This document shows positions 37,179-50,636 of a stretch of 64,000 nt of DNA, piece by piece. The translations under genes and the position numbers were made by a program. A model generated the notes under the pieces. That model had not been told where the DNA came from. It saw only the letters and a list, made by a program, of their open reading frames with translations, and searched no databases. Every line of letters begins with the position of its first letter. Position 1 is the stretch's first letter. The stretch spans positions 200,198,001 through 200,262,000 of the forward strand of contig OX597814.1 in assembly GCA_951406725.2 (NCBI GenBank). Reading direction: 5' to 3'. The stretch is from Octopus vulgaris. Its lineage: Eukaryota.

Positions 37179-39429
37179 GTGTTAAATGATTTTTACACTT
37201 AGCACTAACTGGTTTGAGCATCCGAATAATTCCCAACCTTAAAATATGCTGTTTCATATTACCCTCATCGAAATAATCCATGCAGTAAGGAATAGGAAAC
37301 TTTAAAAAGGGATCTAACATGATAGAAATTAGGCAGAAAGCTTATGTACTGCTTAGTACATCTATTATAAGTATGGTTACTTCTATTTTGTTCTCGATGC
37401 GATTTCACTTTAAGACAGTGAAAGAGAAAGCATCTGCTGATTTTTTATAAAAATGTCAGACTGTAGAGAGCAACAAACTAACTGCATTACAGCATCTATT
37501 TTTATTTCTTTCATCTCTAAGTTAAAATCCCCAAATATTCACTTTTCATTTAATTAAAGACAGGAAAATAAATAGCAGTCATATACTGGTGTCACTGGAA
37601 CAGACACCTCAAAAATTGGATTTTTGATAACAAGACAAAAAGTGAATAAATTTATTTTTTTCACTTTGGATTGACTTCATTTTGCAGTTATTATATCAAT
37701 AATTTCATAGATGGAAAAATTTGATTTTGTCAGTATCAAATTCCTGAAATGATTATGAACTTGCAAGAAGAAACTAAATCCAAATTGGATATGACTTCTG
37801 TATCGATATCATTGCTATATTTAAAATAGCCATCCCCAAAAATTATATGGGAAAATTAAATTTCAATAAATTTAAAAGCATTCCATTGATTGAAATATCT
37901 TTTAAAAGGATCAACCTTGTGTCAAATGACTGATAGGATAGTAAAGATGTTGCCTTTATAAAACCATTATGGGTGTCTTCTAAGTTGCTGGAGGAGATTA
38001 GCTAAGACAAAGACGGATAAGGCTGGTGGATAAGTGTAATTTCATTTTTTTTTCACCCTTACTTCCTTTCTTCCCTCAGACATACAGGTTACTTCTTTAT
38101 CTTTTTTTTTTCTGTCCACTTATGAAAATCGTCTTGCCATATCTTTTCATGCATGCCGGTTTGCCTGATGCATGTTTTCATAATTAACAACTTCTAAAAA
38201 ACAACGTAGATTATGTACGTAGTTACTGCTGTTGCTGTCATTAATTATACTAACACCACCATAATTATTACTAAGGATATTTAACAAACACCAACTGTTA
38301 TACTCACCTTATTCCCAACTCATAAAACTAACTACTTTAAATCCATGTCATGGTTCTAATATTAACTGCACTAATTCTGCATAAATCTTTTAGCTTTATT
38401 TGCACTTATTTCTATTTCAGTTTTGTGTTGTATCATTTCTGTTAGAAGAATATTTTAGCAATTTTGTAACACATTTTTTACTTTCTTTTTCCTTTTTTTT
38501 TTTCTTCAAATAAATTATAGTTTTCCAATTTGCAGAATTCTTGAGGACTTGATGGAATTATTAACTAAATAACAAAACTTCACTTTTGTTTCCATTTCTT
38601 TCATTTAACTGATATTGGTTTCATTTTTCTTTTTGTAACTAACCAATGTGTTATTGGTTTAAGTTTTTCTTATTTGCTCAGCATGTTTATAGCTAAGTTT
38701 ATATTTCTTTCTAAAAATATATATATATATATATATAAAATTAAAACTAGCTAATTTAGAAAAAATTTTACTCATACATCCGTAATTAGTCTATTATATA
38801 TTACATTAAAATATAAATTGATATTTATTAGAGAATAAACATATTTATCACAGACTATTAATCCATTTGTTTTAAAACCAATAATATGTTATAGTTTGAA
38901 ATAATACTTAATATAATAAATTAAAGGGATAAACTTTCTTAATACTTCAGATGTTACCTGTAATTAATTATGATTCTTGTAGTAAAATTAAGCAAAGTAT
39001 AAGTAATTAATTTGAAAACTAGAAAAGATGGGAGAAGCAGGCATGGCTGTTTGAAGTTAGGGCTTCTGTGTGGTTTTGGACATGATCCCTGCTTGTAGCA
39101 TATTAGTGATGTGTCTTCTGCTATAATTTCATGTCAACCAAAACCTTGTAAGTTAAATTTGATTGACAGAAACTCTGTAGAAGCCTCCTGCATATATGTA
39201 TTAGTGGATCCAACATCCTCAGTCCTGCACAGACTATTATGCCCAGGCCTTTCTCCACAGAATACTGCTCCCTCTGAAATCTCCTTGCACATGCCTTTCC
39301 TGTAGGTATTGATCTGGTTGAGCTGCAGCAGTTTAAACAGAATATTAACAGCATCAAGCTCACCAGGTCTGGAGAGCCTGCAAAGCTCACAGGCACTACC
39401 CCTTCCTCCAGATTCAACAAGTAACATAT

Positions 39430-39648
39430 ATCATCATCATCATTTAGCATCCATTGTCCATGCTAGCATAGATTGAATGGTTTGACCAGAGCTGGTAAGC
39501 TGAGGGGCTGCACCAAACTCCAGCCTAATTTGGCACAGTTTTTACAGCCAGATGCCCTTCCTGACACCAACCACTCTGAAAGTGTAATGGGTGCTTTTAT
39601 GTCACACCAGCATGGGTGCCAGTTGCATGACACCAGTATCTGCCATGA
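39430..39648 (-). mobile_element. family D retroposon
   Basis: (cat)n-ttagcatcc...ccatgctagcat...gatgcccttcctgacaccaaccactc. Confidence 0.75.
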
Positions 39649-40882
39649 CATATATACACATATATAAAACACTGCAGGATGACAGAATCAGTATGAGCAA
39701 AAATACCTTGTGATATTTGATTATGTTCTGTTTGTGCCCTCATTATATCTAGGTTGATCATGTGATTCTTTTATGTGTGGTCCATATAATATGTAAGTAC
39801 TGCTGTTGATATTAGTGACAAAAGCCATTGAAGATAATGCCCCAGTATGAATACAATCCAATGAGTGAAGCCAGTAAAAGAATAGCAAATCATAGCTTAT
39901 GTGATGAGTCTTTTGCCAAAAAATTTACGTTTGTAATGCTTTGAGCTTTTAGTTTATCAGCTAGTTTCATTATAACCAACCATTATTAATGCTGGATAAA
40001 CATTCAGCAGTTTGCTTTCATTCATGCTTTTCCAACAGATATTAGTTGTATCAGTGCTGCTTCTCTTGATGCTGGTTTGTTGTTTATAGTTTTGGTCAGC
40101 CTGAAGACCTTTGCCAAACATGTAACCAATCAAATAGTTAAGAGTTTCACTATACACAGATTACATTCCAGATAAGCAATACTCCAATGTGTTCTGAGAG
40201 ACAAAGCTGTAGAGCCCTACTTTGGAGTGGCTGGGTATGTAAGGTACAATCTAGCAAACAGGGCATGTTGTATCTAATTTTCCATCCAGTCTGTTTTAGT
40301 TTGATGAAAAACTCTGCTGCTTTGTTTGTGTGGCAGGTACGTCAACAAGCTTAAGGCAGGTGAATTCAAACCATTGAAACTGTGGCTTATTTTATTGATA
40401 TGAAATATATTTCTGATTTTCTAACAATTCAATTTATTCACTTTGATCTGATGGCTTTTAATAATATTATTGAATGACTTCCTTAAATGATAAAATTTGA
40501 AGTGTCTTTTCTTACTAAATACTTTGATAGACTTTGTTATACTTTATGGAGAAACATTTATTTCATTTTGATTTTTGTTCATACGTTATTATTATTATTA
40601 TTATTATTATTACAATTTAATATAAATTTTCTGATCTGAATTAAATTTTCTGATACTGAACTAGTTTCATTTTCAATATATTTTTGTTTTAACTTTGTAT
40701 TCCTTTAAATTTTGAGTTCATTGTTTTGGAATTAAATTCTCTTTTCCATCAGTTATTCAAATCCAATAACAAGCATAAATGTTTACACCAATTCTTTTAG
40801 CCTGCACTTTTGTCATTAAACACTATTCTTTGAAACTAAGTTTTAAAACAAATATATTTCTTTGATGAATTTCAAACTGAAT

Positions 40883-40978
40883 GCTAATGTTAAATGAACT
40901 TAATATTACTGCTTAAGTAAAATACTGATAGCTAATGTTAAATGAACTTAATATTACTGCTTAAGTAACATACTGATA
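40883..40978. repeat. 48-bp tandem duplication
   Basis: gctaatgttaaatgaacttaatattactgcttaagtaa(a/c)atactgata twice, one mismatch. Confidence 0.95.
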
Positions 40979-42968
40979 GGTTCCCACCATCCCAACTCTT
41001 CTTTTGTGGTGACAACTTTCCTTTTAGCCTGAATGATATCATTCTATATTTAATTTTATACGTGAAACCTCAGTTTTATTGAGAAGAAGGAGAAATAATA
41101 TTTGTGATAATCATGCCATTTCAAATATCATTAAGAACATCATCAAAATCAGCTGAAATCAAATTCAGAAATGCTGAATTGTTCACTAAAACAGTTTTAC
41201 TTGACTACCTCATTTTTCACACATTGAAACATAAGAATGTAATAATTCACAAAAAAAAAAAAAAAAAAAATTTTAAATGTTATTTGATACCCAAATTCAT
41301 CTGAAAATAAGAAATGTATGTAGCAAGCATACTATTTTAGATTGTTAATTATTTTTCAAGGATTGTGGTAAAAGATATATTTCTGTTGAGCAGAATACTG
41401 ATTGTTCCCAAATATATTTTGGCAAGTTGAGAATTATAAATGGGAGTCAAGTCACGGAAACATCATTATCAAGCACCTTACGAATCTAACACCCGACACA
41501 CAGTTTTAGGCTATTTTCTTTATTTGTATTCATCTAGAACCTTTATGTACTTGACCTAGGCATGATTTGAACAACTGCACCCTCACATTCTAATTTATTA
41601 CTTCTGGCTGTTTTATGCCCATGCTAACTTCTGCTTTTCACCTGCACTTTGAAGTAAAAAAACCAAAAAAACTTCAAAATATTTTCATTCACCACATCAG
41701 AAACTGAGCATATACCCATTTTTAAAAACAGATATAAAATTTACTGAACAAATTCAGATTAATTAAAATTGCCAATTTAAATTTCCCTCATATAAATTGT
41801 GGCAAATTGTAATATTGTTTAATAAAATGAATGTTTTAAATTCAATGTTGAAATAATAAGTTATGTTTACTAGTCTGTTTAGTTAAGTCTTTTCTCATTA
41901 ATCATTATTTATGTTTTTCAGTTCTATTTCATATTGTCTAAAACTTGTTTTCCAGGCTTTTGGGGCTTTTAGCTAGAATGCTGTGTAGAAACAATGTGTT
42001 GTGTACTAATATTATAATATCACCTATCCATATTCTTTTTTGCAATCTAATCATTATAGATTATTTTTTGTAAACACATATTTGATTACAAAACTAATTG
42101 GCACTGTGCTTTTAATCTTTTTCATGTTATTATTTGTATCATTTGTGAATTTTATGGAAGGTATAATTTGCTCATTTTTGATATTTCAGTATATATATAC
42201 ATATATATTTCACTGTAAGTTTAAACTAAATCTAGTATATAATTGTTTTGAATGTCAACAAATGTCATAGAATGGTTTCGGTGATTCATTGAACATTGTT
42301 TTATGAAATAAACAAATACATCCACAAAGTGTGAGTGCGTACATGCGTCTATTTGAATTTTGCTCTTTAAATAAATATCTTAAAATATATTTTCTGTATA
42401 AAAACATTTTTAATATCAATAGTTAGTTTACTTTTTCAATATTAAGGAAAATTTAATTGCGGTTGTGATCTTTTTTTTTTTTTGGATTGAATGTATTTGT
42501 CTACTAATAATATAAAATTTGAAATTATCTACTCTATATTTTTTATGATTCGTTTTAGTAGTCAGTATTGTTACAAAGAACTATACTGTTCTTTGTAAGA
42601 ACACAGAGCTGAATAAACCATTCAGCTCAGTGAATAGTTTAAAGTAATGATAAATAAATGAAAAAATAGTATCTTAGTTAGAAAGCTAGCTTTACTTATG
42701 ATAGTAATCATTTTTTAAACAGAGAAAATAACACACTCCTTGCAAAAATTAGTTAAGATTTTTTGGATGATTGAAATTCTATTTAATTTTTCTTAATGAT
42801 AATTATAAGATTTATTTAAATAATTAGAATTACAAATATAAATATTTTTAATTAGATATTTCTAAATTCTTGATTTCAGTTTTATTTTATTTCTTTTTTG
42901 CATGAAGTTGTGAAAAGGATATGTGTGTATACATGTGTATGAATGTATGTATAAATGATGTCATATAG

Positions 42969-43000
<32 letters not shown>
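42969..43000. repeat. (AGAT)n microsatellite
   Basis: Pure tetranucleotide run. Confidence 0.95.
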
Positions 43001-43001
<1 letters not shown>

Positions 43002-43159
43002 TGATAAAAATTTATTTTATTTGTAAATGTCATATTAGAAAAAAATTCCTGTATATTATTTGATTTTAATGTCAAGTAGTTAGAATTATTTCTGATAAGA
43101 AGTACACAAACAAATTTATTTTGTTAGCATTAAATATTCATAAACACATTGATTGATTA

Positions 43160-44210
43160 TTATCATCATTTAACATATTTTCCAGGTTAGCATGGGTTGG
43201 CTGGTTTAACAAGACCCAATGAGTCAGTGGATTGTATCATACTCCAGTGTCTGTTTTGGTGGGGTTTCTATGGCTGGATGCCCTTCCTAATGCCAGTCAT
43301 ATTACATAGTTACCTCATTAGTGTTGGTACATTTTTCACAGCACCAGCACTAGTGAGGTTACCATATAACTCATGAAAAAAAACCTTTCTGAGTAGAAGT
43401 ATAAATGAGTAGAAGACAGCTGCATGTTAGGTGCAGAAGAAATTAGAATATGATTGATAGGACAGGAACAGATTTATTACGGTAGAAGAGATGCATGGCT
43501 AACTTGTTTAATGGGTGGGAGTAATTGGGGTAGAGCTGAAAAGGAAGATAAACATGGTGACTAGGTATCAGAGTGGGTCCTCAAGGTACAAAATGGTGAA
43601 CAGAAGATAGTATGGAGGCAGACAAACAGGAAGAGTGGATAGGTAAAAGTTGCACTAGTGTGGGAGGAAAGTGTGAGATAGTTAGAGATGGAGGGTTGAA
43701 GGTAGTGATGATGAACAAGGGTGGAAGGTAAATATAAGTTGGGGGGAAGGTGATAAGCATTAGGAATATATGTTAACAGAAGTAGCTCAAGGGAGAGGAG
43801 ACAATGACTGACAGTAATGGAAGTTGACGAGCAGCAGAATAATAATAAACTGTAAATAGGAGAAGGATGAGGAGGGGTGAGAGGTTAGTGCTGCAGGTGT
43901 GTGGGAACAGAATAAGAGATACATAATGATAAGGGTGAAGAAGGTCAGAACTATGTCAGTGAAGATATAATGAATGGCAAACAATGGTGGAACTGGTCAA
44001 TGGTAGAAAATAGGGTTATGAATGAGGTATGGGTGTCAACAAGAGGTTATTTAGGGGAGAGAAAGAGATAACCAGTGGCTTAGAAAGAGCTGAAGTATGT
44101 AGTTCTGCTCTTGTTTAATTACAACATCAGAATAATGCAGTAAGAATGATGCAGGGATGGTTGATAGGGGGGTATAAGGGTGTGAGGAAAGGTTTGAAAG
44201 AGACAAATTG
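43160..44210 (-). mobile_element. old family D-tailed element with a long purine-rich (+ strand) body
   Basis: D-type tail at 43160-43360, then a GA-rich body sharing the motif (ttgctgtagaggag)a(t/c)(a/g)catggct with 31790-32420 and 32520-33350. Confidence 0.5.
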
Positions 44211-45026
44211 GATGAGATGTCCATTTGTGTACATATACATATATAACACTTTTAGGAATAATATTCAACTCAGAGTATAATATCCAAACTTATGAATGGA
44301 ATGTTCCTTCTTAGGTAACTCTAAAATAGGAAATGTCTCATGAAACATTGGTACATGAAAGATGCATTTGATAGGCAAATAATATTAGCAATTCTAAACA
44401 AGAAAAGAAAAAGTGATATTTATAGTAACATGTCATGTTGTTTCTGATTTGTGCATCTGGCAACTTCTAAAATTAATATTTCCTAAAATTGAAATGTAAT
44501 CTACAATGAAGTTACCACAAGCTCATTGGACAATGTGAACTCCAATACCAATTATAATAAATATTTCATTTCAATTCTCTATGAAGCCACAGAAAATAAA
44601 ATATTGGAACAGCATGCTCTAAGCCTTTAACCTTTTGGATTCCAACTTGCTTGAAACTGCTTTAGTTGGGTGATAAAAAATTGGCCATTTTGAAGCGTTT
44701 TTGTTTAAATCTTCTCTCTTAATTTTATAAATTGATGAGATTAATTATTTTGCTAAATACTTCATAGTGAACTTCAATATAAATATGGTCACAAAAGGGT
44801 TAATCTCTATGACAACAAGGAGGGCAAAGGTAAAAGGCTTACTGAACATTAAAAATGAAACCCCACCTGATGGATGGGATTTAGATCGCATTGGATTTAA
44901 TTAGTTAGGAAGCAACACAGCTGAGTTTTAATTTTGCCGTTGTTAGCTTAACTTTACATCCTTCCAAAACTAAAACTGTGTTAGTGCAATACCTGAAAGA
45001 ATAGTAAAATACTAAACTGTCTTTAA

Positions 45027-45490
45027 CCCTTTCATTACGGTATCTATTCTGAGTTGTTCTGTTTCTCTCAATTATTCTAAATATAATAAAAAAAATCTAG
45101 TAAAATAACTTAGTTTTCATTCAGCTAGTGTTAGGAAACATAAATTGTGACTAATATTTGGTGGAAGATTTTAATTCAAAACCTATGAAAACAAGACATT
45201 TGTACTACAGAGCTGGAGATGGTTTCAGCAGGGTTGGTATCAAAAGGGTTAAATTAATCATTTGTTAACCCTTTTGTCACCATATTTCTGTTGAGATGCT
45301 CTGTGTTACTTTCAATTAATTTTAAATGTAACAAAGAATTTAGTAAAATAACTTAGTTATCATTTAGCTAATGTTAGGAACATAAATTGTAACTAAGGTT
45401 AGGTGGAAGACTGTAATTCAAAACTTATGAAAACAAGACATTTGTACTACAGAGCCAGAAACGGTTTCAGTCAGCTTGTTAATGAAAGGG
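45027..45490. mobile_element. tandem pair of piggyBac-type MITEs (45027-45248, 45269-45490)
   Basis: TTAA|CCCTTT...AAAGGG|TTAA for each roughly 220-bp unit (last flank is ctaa). Opposite orientation to the 13077-13441 pair. Confidence 0.87.
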
Positions 45491-46689
45491 CTAATACACC
45501 TAATTGTCTAAAAATACCAATTGTACCACTTTCACAAGACACATACATTGTCATCACCTATTCTATTGTATTTTTCAAAATTATAAATCCTAAAATCCCA
45601 TCAGTCAGAATTTTTATTTGGAATTATATGTGAATATCAACCCAGTTATTCTCACTTTGATATTCTGTTGTAAACATGGATGTGTTTTGAGTATAAAATT
45701 GAAAATTAAAGTGATAACTGGTTTTCTGTTCTTTAGCTATAAACATAATAAATTTTGTTGACTTGATGTTTGGAGATATTTTCTGTGTATATAATAATTT
45801 GCAGAAGTCTACATTAGATCTTTCATCTAGTTGTTGTGAAAGAGTGTGTGCACACATGTGCATTCATTCATGCATGTGTGTGTGTGAAGCTAAAATTAAT
45901 GAAGTAAAGAAATAGACATTTTTAACAGAATCAAGTAGGAATGAAATTTATTTTATTTGTTCGATGTTATTAACTCCAAATGTACATGTACAATGTTTTC
46001 TTTCAATAATTAAATATCTCAAAACTATTGATTTTTCTGTACAAAGCTTGTATATATTTCAATAATGATTCTATCAATAACAAAGAATTGATACAAAAAT
46101 ATTATTGAAACTGTTACTAAGTGATTGATTTTTCATAGCTAAAACATTTAAATTTCTTTCAAACCTTTAATCATTAGAATTTTTCATTTTGGAAGTCCTG
46201 ATATCAAAATATCTTGTAAAAAGTACATAGAAGTATAAAATATATCTTAGAGCTGGGTTACTTGAAGAAACATATGTAAATGATATTAAAAAAAAAAAAT
46301 TTCCCATTTTTTTACCAAAATAATTCAGTGTTTCCAGAAGATTTTTTAAATACATTATTCATCCACAAAATATTTTCTACAAACATTAGGATTATTTTTT
46401 ACTACAAGCCATCATTCACTCACTCACCCTCATGTAACTCCTCGCTATCATCACTGCCATCTTTGTATCACTCACTGGTCCTCTATCATGCAGTTTTTTT
46501 ATTTAATCTCCTCTCTCTGAAGCTGCCTATCAACATTTTGCTTCCATCACAATCATACCTTGCTCTTCTGTCATCCTCTTTGCTCTTCTATTCAAACTCA
46601 TGGTCACACTTGCCTCATTCAAGTAGAGAGCAGAGGGAACTAAACAAACTCTCCAGCACAAATATCACCGTAAAATGCATCCAGTACTC

Positions 46690-46920
46690 AAGGTGGCGAG
46701 CTGGCAGAATTGTTAGCACACCGGCCAGAATGCTTAGCAGTATTTCGGCTGCTGTTACATTCTGAGTTCAAATTCCGCCGAGGTCGACTTTGCCTTTCAT
46801 CCTTTCGGGGTCGATAAATTAAGTACCAGTTACGCACTGGGGTCAATGTAATTGACTTAATCCGTTTGTCTGTCCTTGTTTGTCCCCTCTGTGTAGCCCC
46901 TTGTGGGCAGTAAAGAAATA
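46690..46920 (+). mobile_element. SINE family A, close to the other copies
   Basis: aaggtggcgagctggcagaattgttagc...gagttcaaattccgccgaggtcgactttgcctttcatcctttcggggtcg...aaagaaata. Confidence 0.9.
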
Positions 46921-49801
46921 GGTATTAAGAAGGGCATTGAATAAAATGGAATGTATGAGCTATGTGCCTTCCTCTGGCCCCTCAAGAAGGGATGATAACT
47001 CTAAATAAGACCTGACTTAGAACAATGGCATCTCATGCCAACATGGGCAACAAATGTATGATGATGGTGGTGGTAATGATAATGATGAAGATGATGGTAG
47101 TGAAGGTGGTGATAGTGGGTGATGATAATTAACAGCTTTTTGCAATTTTGCTAAATGGCTTAAATTTGTTTACAGTGGAATATTTAATGAAAATTTTATA
47201 GCAACCAGAATATGCATTTCACCATCACAAACTAATTATATATAGGTCAGTTTACTTCACTGATCCTATTTAAGTTAGAAATGAATGGGTAAAATGAAAT
47301 AAAAAATATAATTAGAGATCTACTCATTCTCTGCGGAGCAATGATTAATATTAATTATGGTAGTGGAAACAATAAATTAAACAATAAATATGAAACGAGA
47401 GGGAGATCTTGAATATGAAATATAATCCAAATATTCTTAAATTCTATTTGCAATAATTTCCAGTCATTTGATATTAATTCGAAGCTGATTTTCTGCTTTG
47501 ATATGTATACAAAGTATCAAATTTACAGGCAATGATTATATCAAGGTTTCACAAGCAAAATAATTAAGCACCTTTTATCGTTAGATATGAAGCAAAAACC
47601 TTCTAAGAGGCCTCGTTTACTTCAATATTTAGTAATCATTCACGGAGAATAATTAGCATTTTGAAAATAATTTGTGGGTAACAAGCATAAAATTATTTTC
47701 AGTAGTGAATAATAAATGTAGAGGATAAAATCTTCAGTGTTGTAGGAAGTAGGCTGGGTTCCTTTCATTATTAATTATACATACAGGAGATTAATATACA
47801 TTAGATTTTTCGTGATAGGTTTAAGGTTAATTAAAAATCTCAAAATTTTGAAAATATCATTATCTTACTTGACTTGTTATAATTGTGTTAATGAATTTCA
47901 CCCCAAAACAACAACATCAAGATAATCTATACTTTCAGATAATCTTAAGATATTTATAAGGTAGAATTTTAATTTCGTATATTTATTTACATTATGTCAC
48001 CTGTCTATTTCTAATCATGGCCTCTGAGAGAAATCTTGGGGTCCCTGCTGGAAAGGAATGATGAGGAGGGTCTTTTCCTCTCCACCTTGTCAGAAGTTCC
48101 CAAAGCCGTTTCTTAAATTTCTGGGCCTCTCCTTATCTCTTCAGCCACGAGACTGTTGTAACTGCTGAAACCGCATCTTTCACAAGCCCTGTTTCTCACT
48201 TTACTTTTAGGGAATCGTGTTTTTCATTGTTCCTTTGGTACTTATGCTCTTGAACTTAAGACCAGTCTCTGAACATCATCATGACTACATTTGTTATCAT
48301 CATCATCATAAATGATGATGTCACTGCTATCAGTATTTTTAGATGAGACAGTGAGAGAGAGTCTACAAAGGCAATTGACCTGCACAATATGGCAGACTCT
48401 TCTACTTGAGTAATTTTCCTGCCACTATTATACAACTAAAAATATCAACAGTTGATATTGTTAGCATACATAGAAGACAGGATCAGTTGAACAGTGAATT
48501 AGATATTTATACTAAATGGTTTGTTGTATTTAGCTATGTCTTATTACATTCTGAATTCAAATCTCCTTGGAGTCAGCTCCAATTGGTTCTCTGTTTATTT
48601 TCCTCTTTAATAAATATCTCTTTCTACATGTGAGGTCAAATCTACTTGCATATGGTTTTAAGCATTAAATCATTCATTTCAATTATCCACCCAACTCAGA
48701 TACATTTCTAGCTTGATCAAAGGAAGTCAAACCTTTTGACTTATATTCTCAGCAAATGAAAGCCGAAACAAACCCACTTGGCATATTGTATCCAATGAAA
48801 CATTTTTGGTTATTCTTTTAATCATAAAATGCCATTAATGTTGGTCGTGTTTAAAGGATTTGGAAAATCTCTTGTTATTCATAGATTTTCTATTTCTCAC
48901 AAATATTGACTTATGAAACCACATTTACAACTAGTATATCACTAATGGTCTGCAGTTGTTGATTTTTGATCACATTTCACTTTATTGCATCTATGTGATG
49001 TTCACCAGTAAATATTCACTCTGTATTGGAAATTGATTTAAGTTGATCTATGTATCTATAACTCAGGCAGCAAGATTTATTTTTCCTATTTTAAGCTATA
49101 CTATCTTTCCATCCTTCTTTAACACAAAGCACTTTTTCAACTATTATGCTCATCAACAACAACAATTTACCTCACTTTTTGCTCTTCACTGAATATACTT
49201 ATCACATGCCTAACAAACCATTTCTTTTCTTGAAATTTTGTATTGATTTTATTTAAACATGGGAAAAATTCTCATTATTCTTGGTACCACCCTAAAGTAT
49301 TTCTATCATTCTGCATACTCTACCGTTATCTAAATGCTGTGTGACAGTGCTCTTGGATCTCATTTTTACGATATTTAATGATATTTGACATGTTTATGAT
49401 CAGAGGATGGTTGTATCCAAGGAAAATTAAATTGCATCAAACACTGGGTGAAAGTAAAAAGAATAAAAATCGTAGTGTTGAACAGATGAATAACTCTTAT
49501 ACAGTAAAATAATTTAGTGGTTGAATTTGTATACTGTGATAGTGGGACCTGGAGATGTGTGATGGAGAAGCATGGAGACATTATAATGCCCAAAGATATC
49601 ATCCAATTGAAAAAAGAAAGTTGGAACAACAAATCAAAAATAAAACATCTTGAAGAACGATCATTTCTAATAATATTTGCACAAATGAAATATTTTCCTT
49701 CATATTTTGAAAGGAATCTGAACAAAATTTGTAAGAGATATGTATATGTACGCCTGTGTACATATTGTCATTAATCATGTATTCGTGTGTTCCTGTTTAT
49801 C

Positions 49802-49838
<37 letters not shown>

Positions 49839-50453
49839 GAGAAGGAGAAAGAAATGGTTAGATATATTGGGTGATTCTTACAGGTATACACTGAATCTAT
49901 CTTTACTGCTAACTGTAAAAAAAAATGAAGTAGTTAAATGTTGAGCAGTAAATATTTTTGAAATGACAAATTTTTAAATTAAGGATGGAGTATGTTTAAG
50001 CACAAACTCCTGGGAAATATGAAATTCCATAAATATTATTTGTTAAAAGTTAAATTAAATGATGTAGAAAGTAAGAGTGGGATGTAGAAATTGAAAGTAA
50101 TTAGTTGTGTTTCAATTTGAAAATTCATCGCACAAATATGTGTTGCTTTTATATTAGTTGCAGAAGATTAAAGTTAGATTTCTTTTGTGTGTAAGTGCTT
50201 ACGATTTTTTTCTTTTGGCTTTCTAAATTAAAATAATGAAATCATCTAATATCTGAATCTAATCAACAAAATTAACAAAGATGTATTATTTTTTCACAAA
50301 TAACATGTTCCTAATGTACTGGAAAGAATATTTGCTTATATCACGTATCATATAAGCAGAACTGTATTTTGTTTTCTGCAGAAAGTTATATCCTTTGTTC
50401 ACTTTTGAAGATATAGTATTTAAAAATGGTTTTGTTATCAATTTTTATTGCAG

Positions 50454-50636
50454 AAGACTTTGTGATGAAGATGATGAGTTAAGCGAAGTGGAGCCGGATG
50501 CAGTCCCGACTGAAGTGCGTGACTGGCTTGCTTTAACTTTTACACGTTCTATGAACAACATTAAAAGAAAAGGTGAAGAAAAGCCCCGTTTCCGAAGTGT
50601 TGCCAATGTAATACGAGCTGGAATAATGGTAGACAG
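50454..50636 (+). CDS. PDE1: PDE1 internal exon, 183 nt, phase 2-2 (PDE1 N-terminal domain and start of the second CaM-binding region)
   Basis: Acceptor ttttattgcag|A and donor AG|gtaaat. Translates as RLCDEDDELSEVEPDAVPTEVRDWLALTFTRSMNNIKRKGEEKPRFRSVANVIRAGIMVD(R), with the PDE1 hallmarks DAVP.EVRDWLA.TFTR and EKPRFRS. Corresponds to ORF 50395..50640. Confidence 0.96.

Noticed and set aside
38080-38087. Strong acceptor followed by ACATACAG|gttact
   Set aside because: 8 nt would shift the frame, and the donor is weak.
46280-46765. Longest ORF in the track (161 aa)
   Set aside because: Low-complexity Leu/Ser translation of a pyrimidine-rich repeat running into a SINE.
49517-49774. 85-aa ORF just upstream of the 183-nt exon as an alternative first exon
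   Set aside because: The best donor (t|gtaaga) is phase 1, incompatible with the phase-2 acceptor; no homology.
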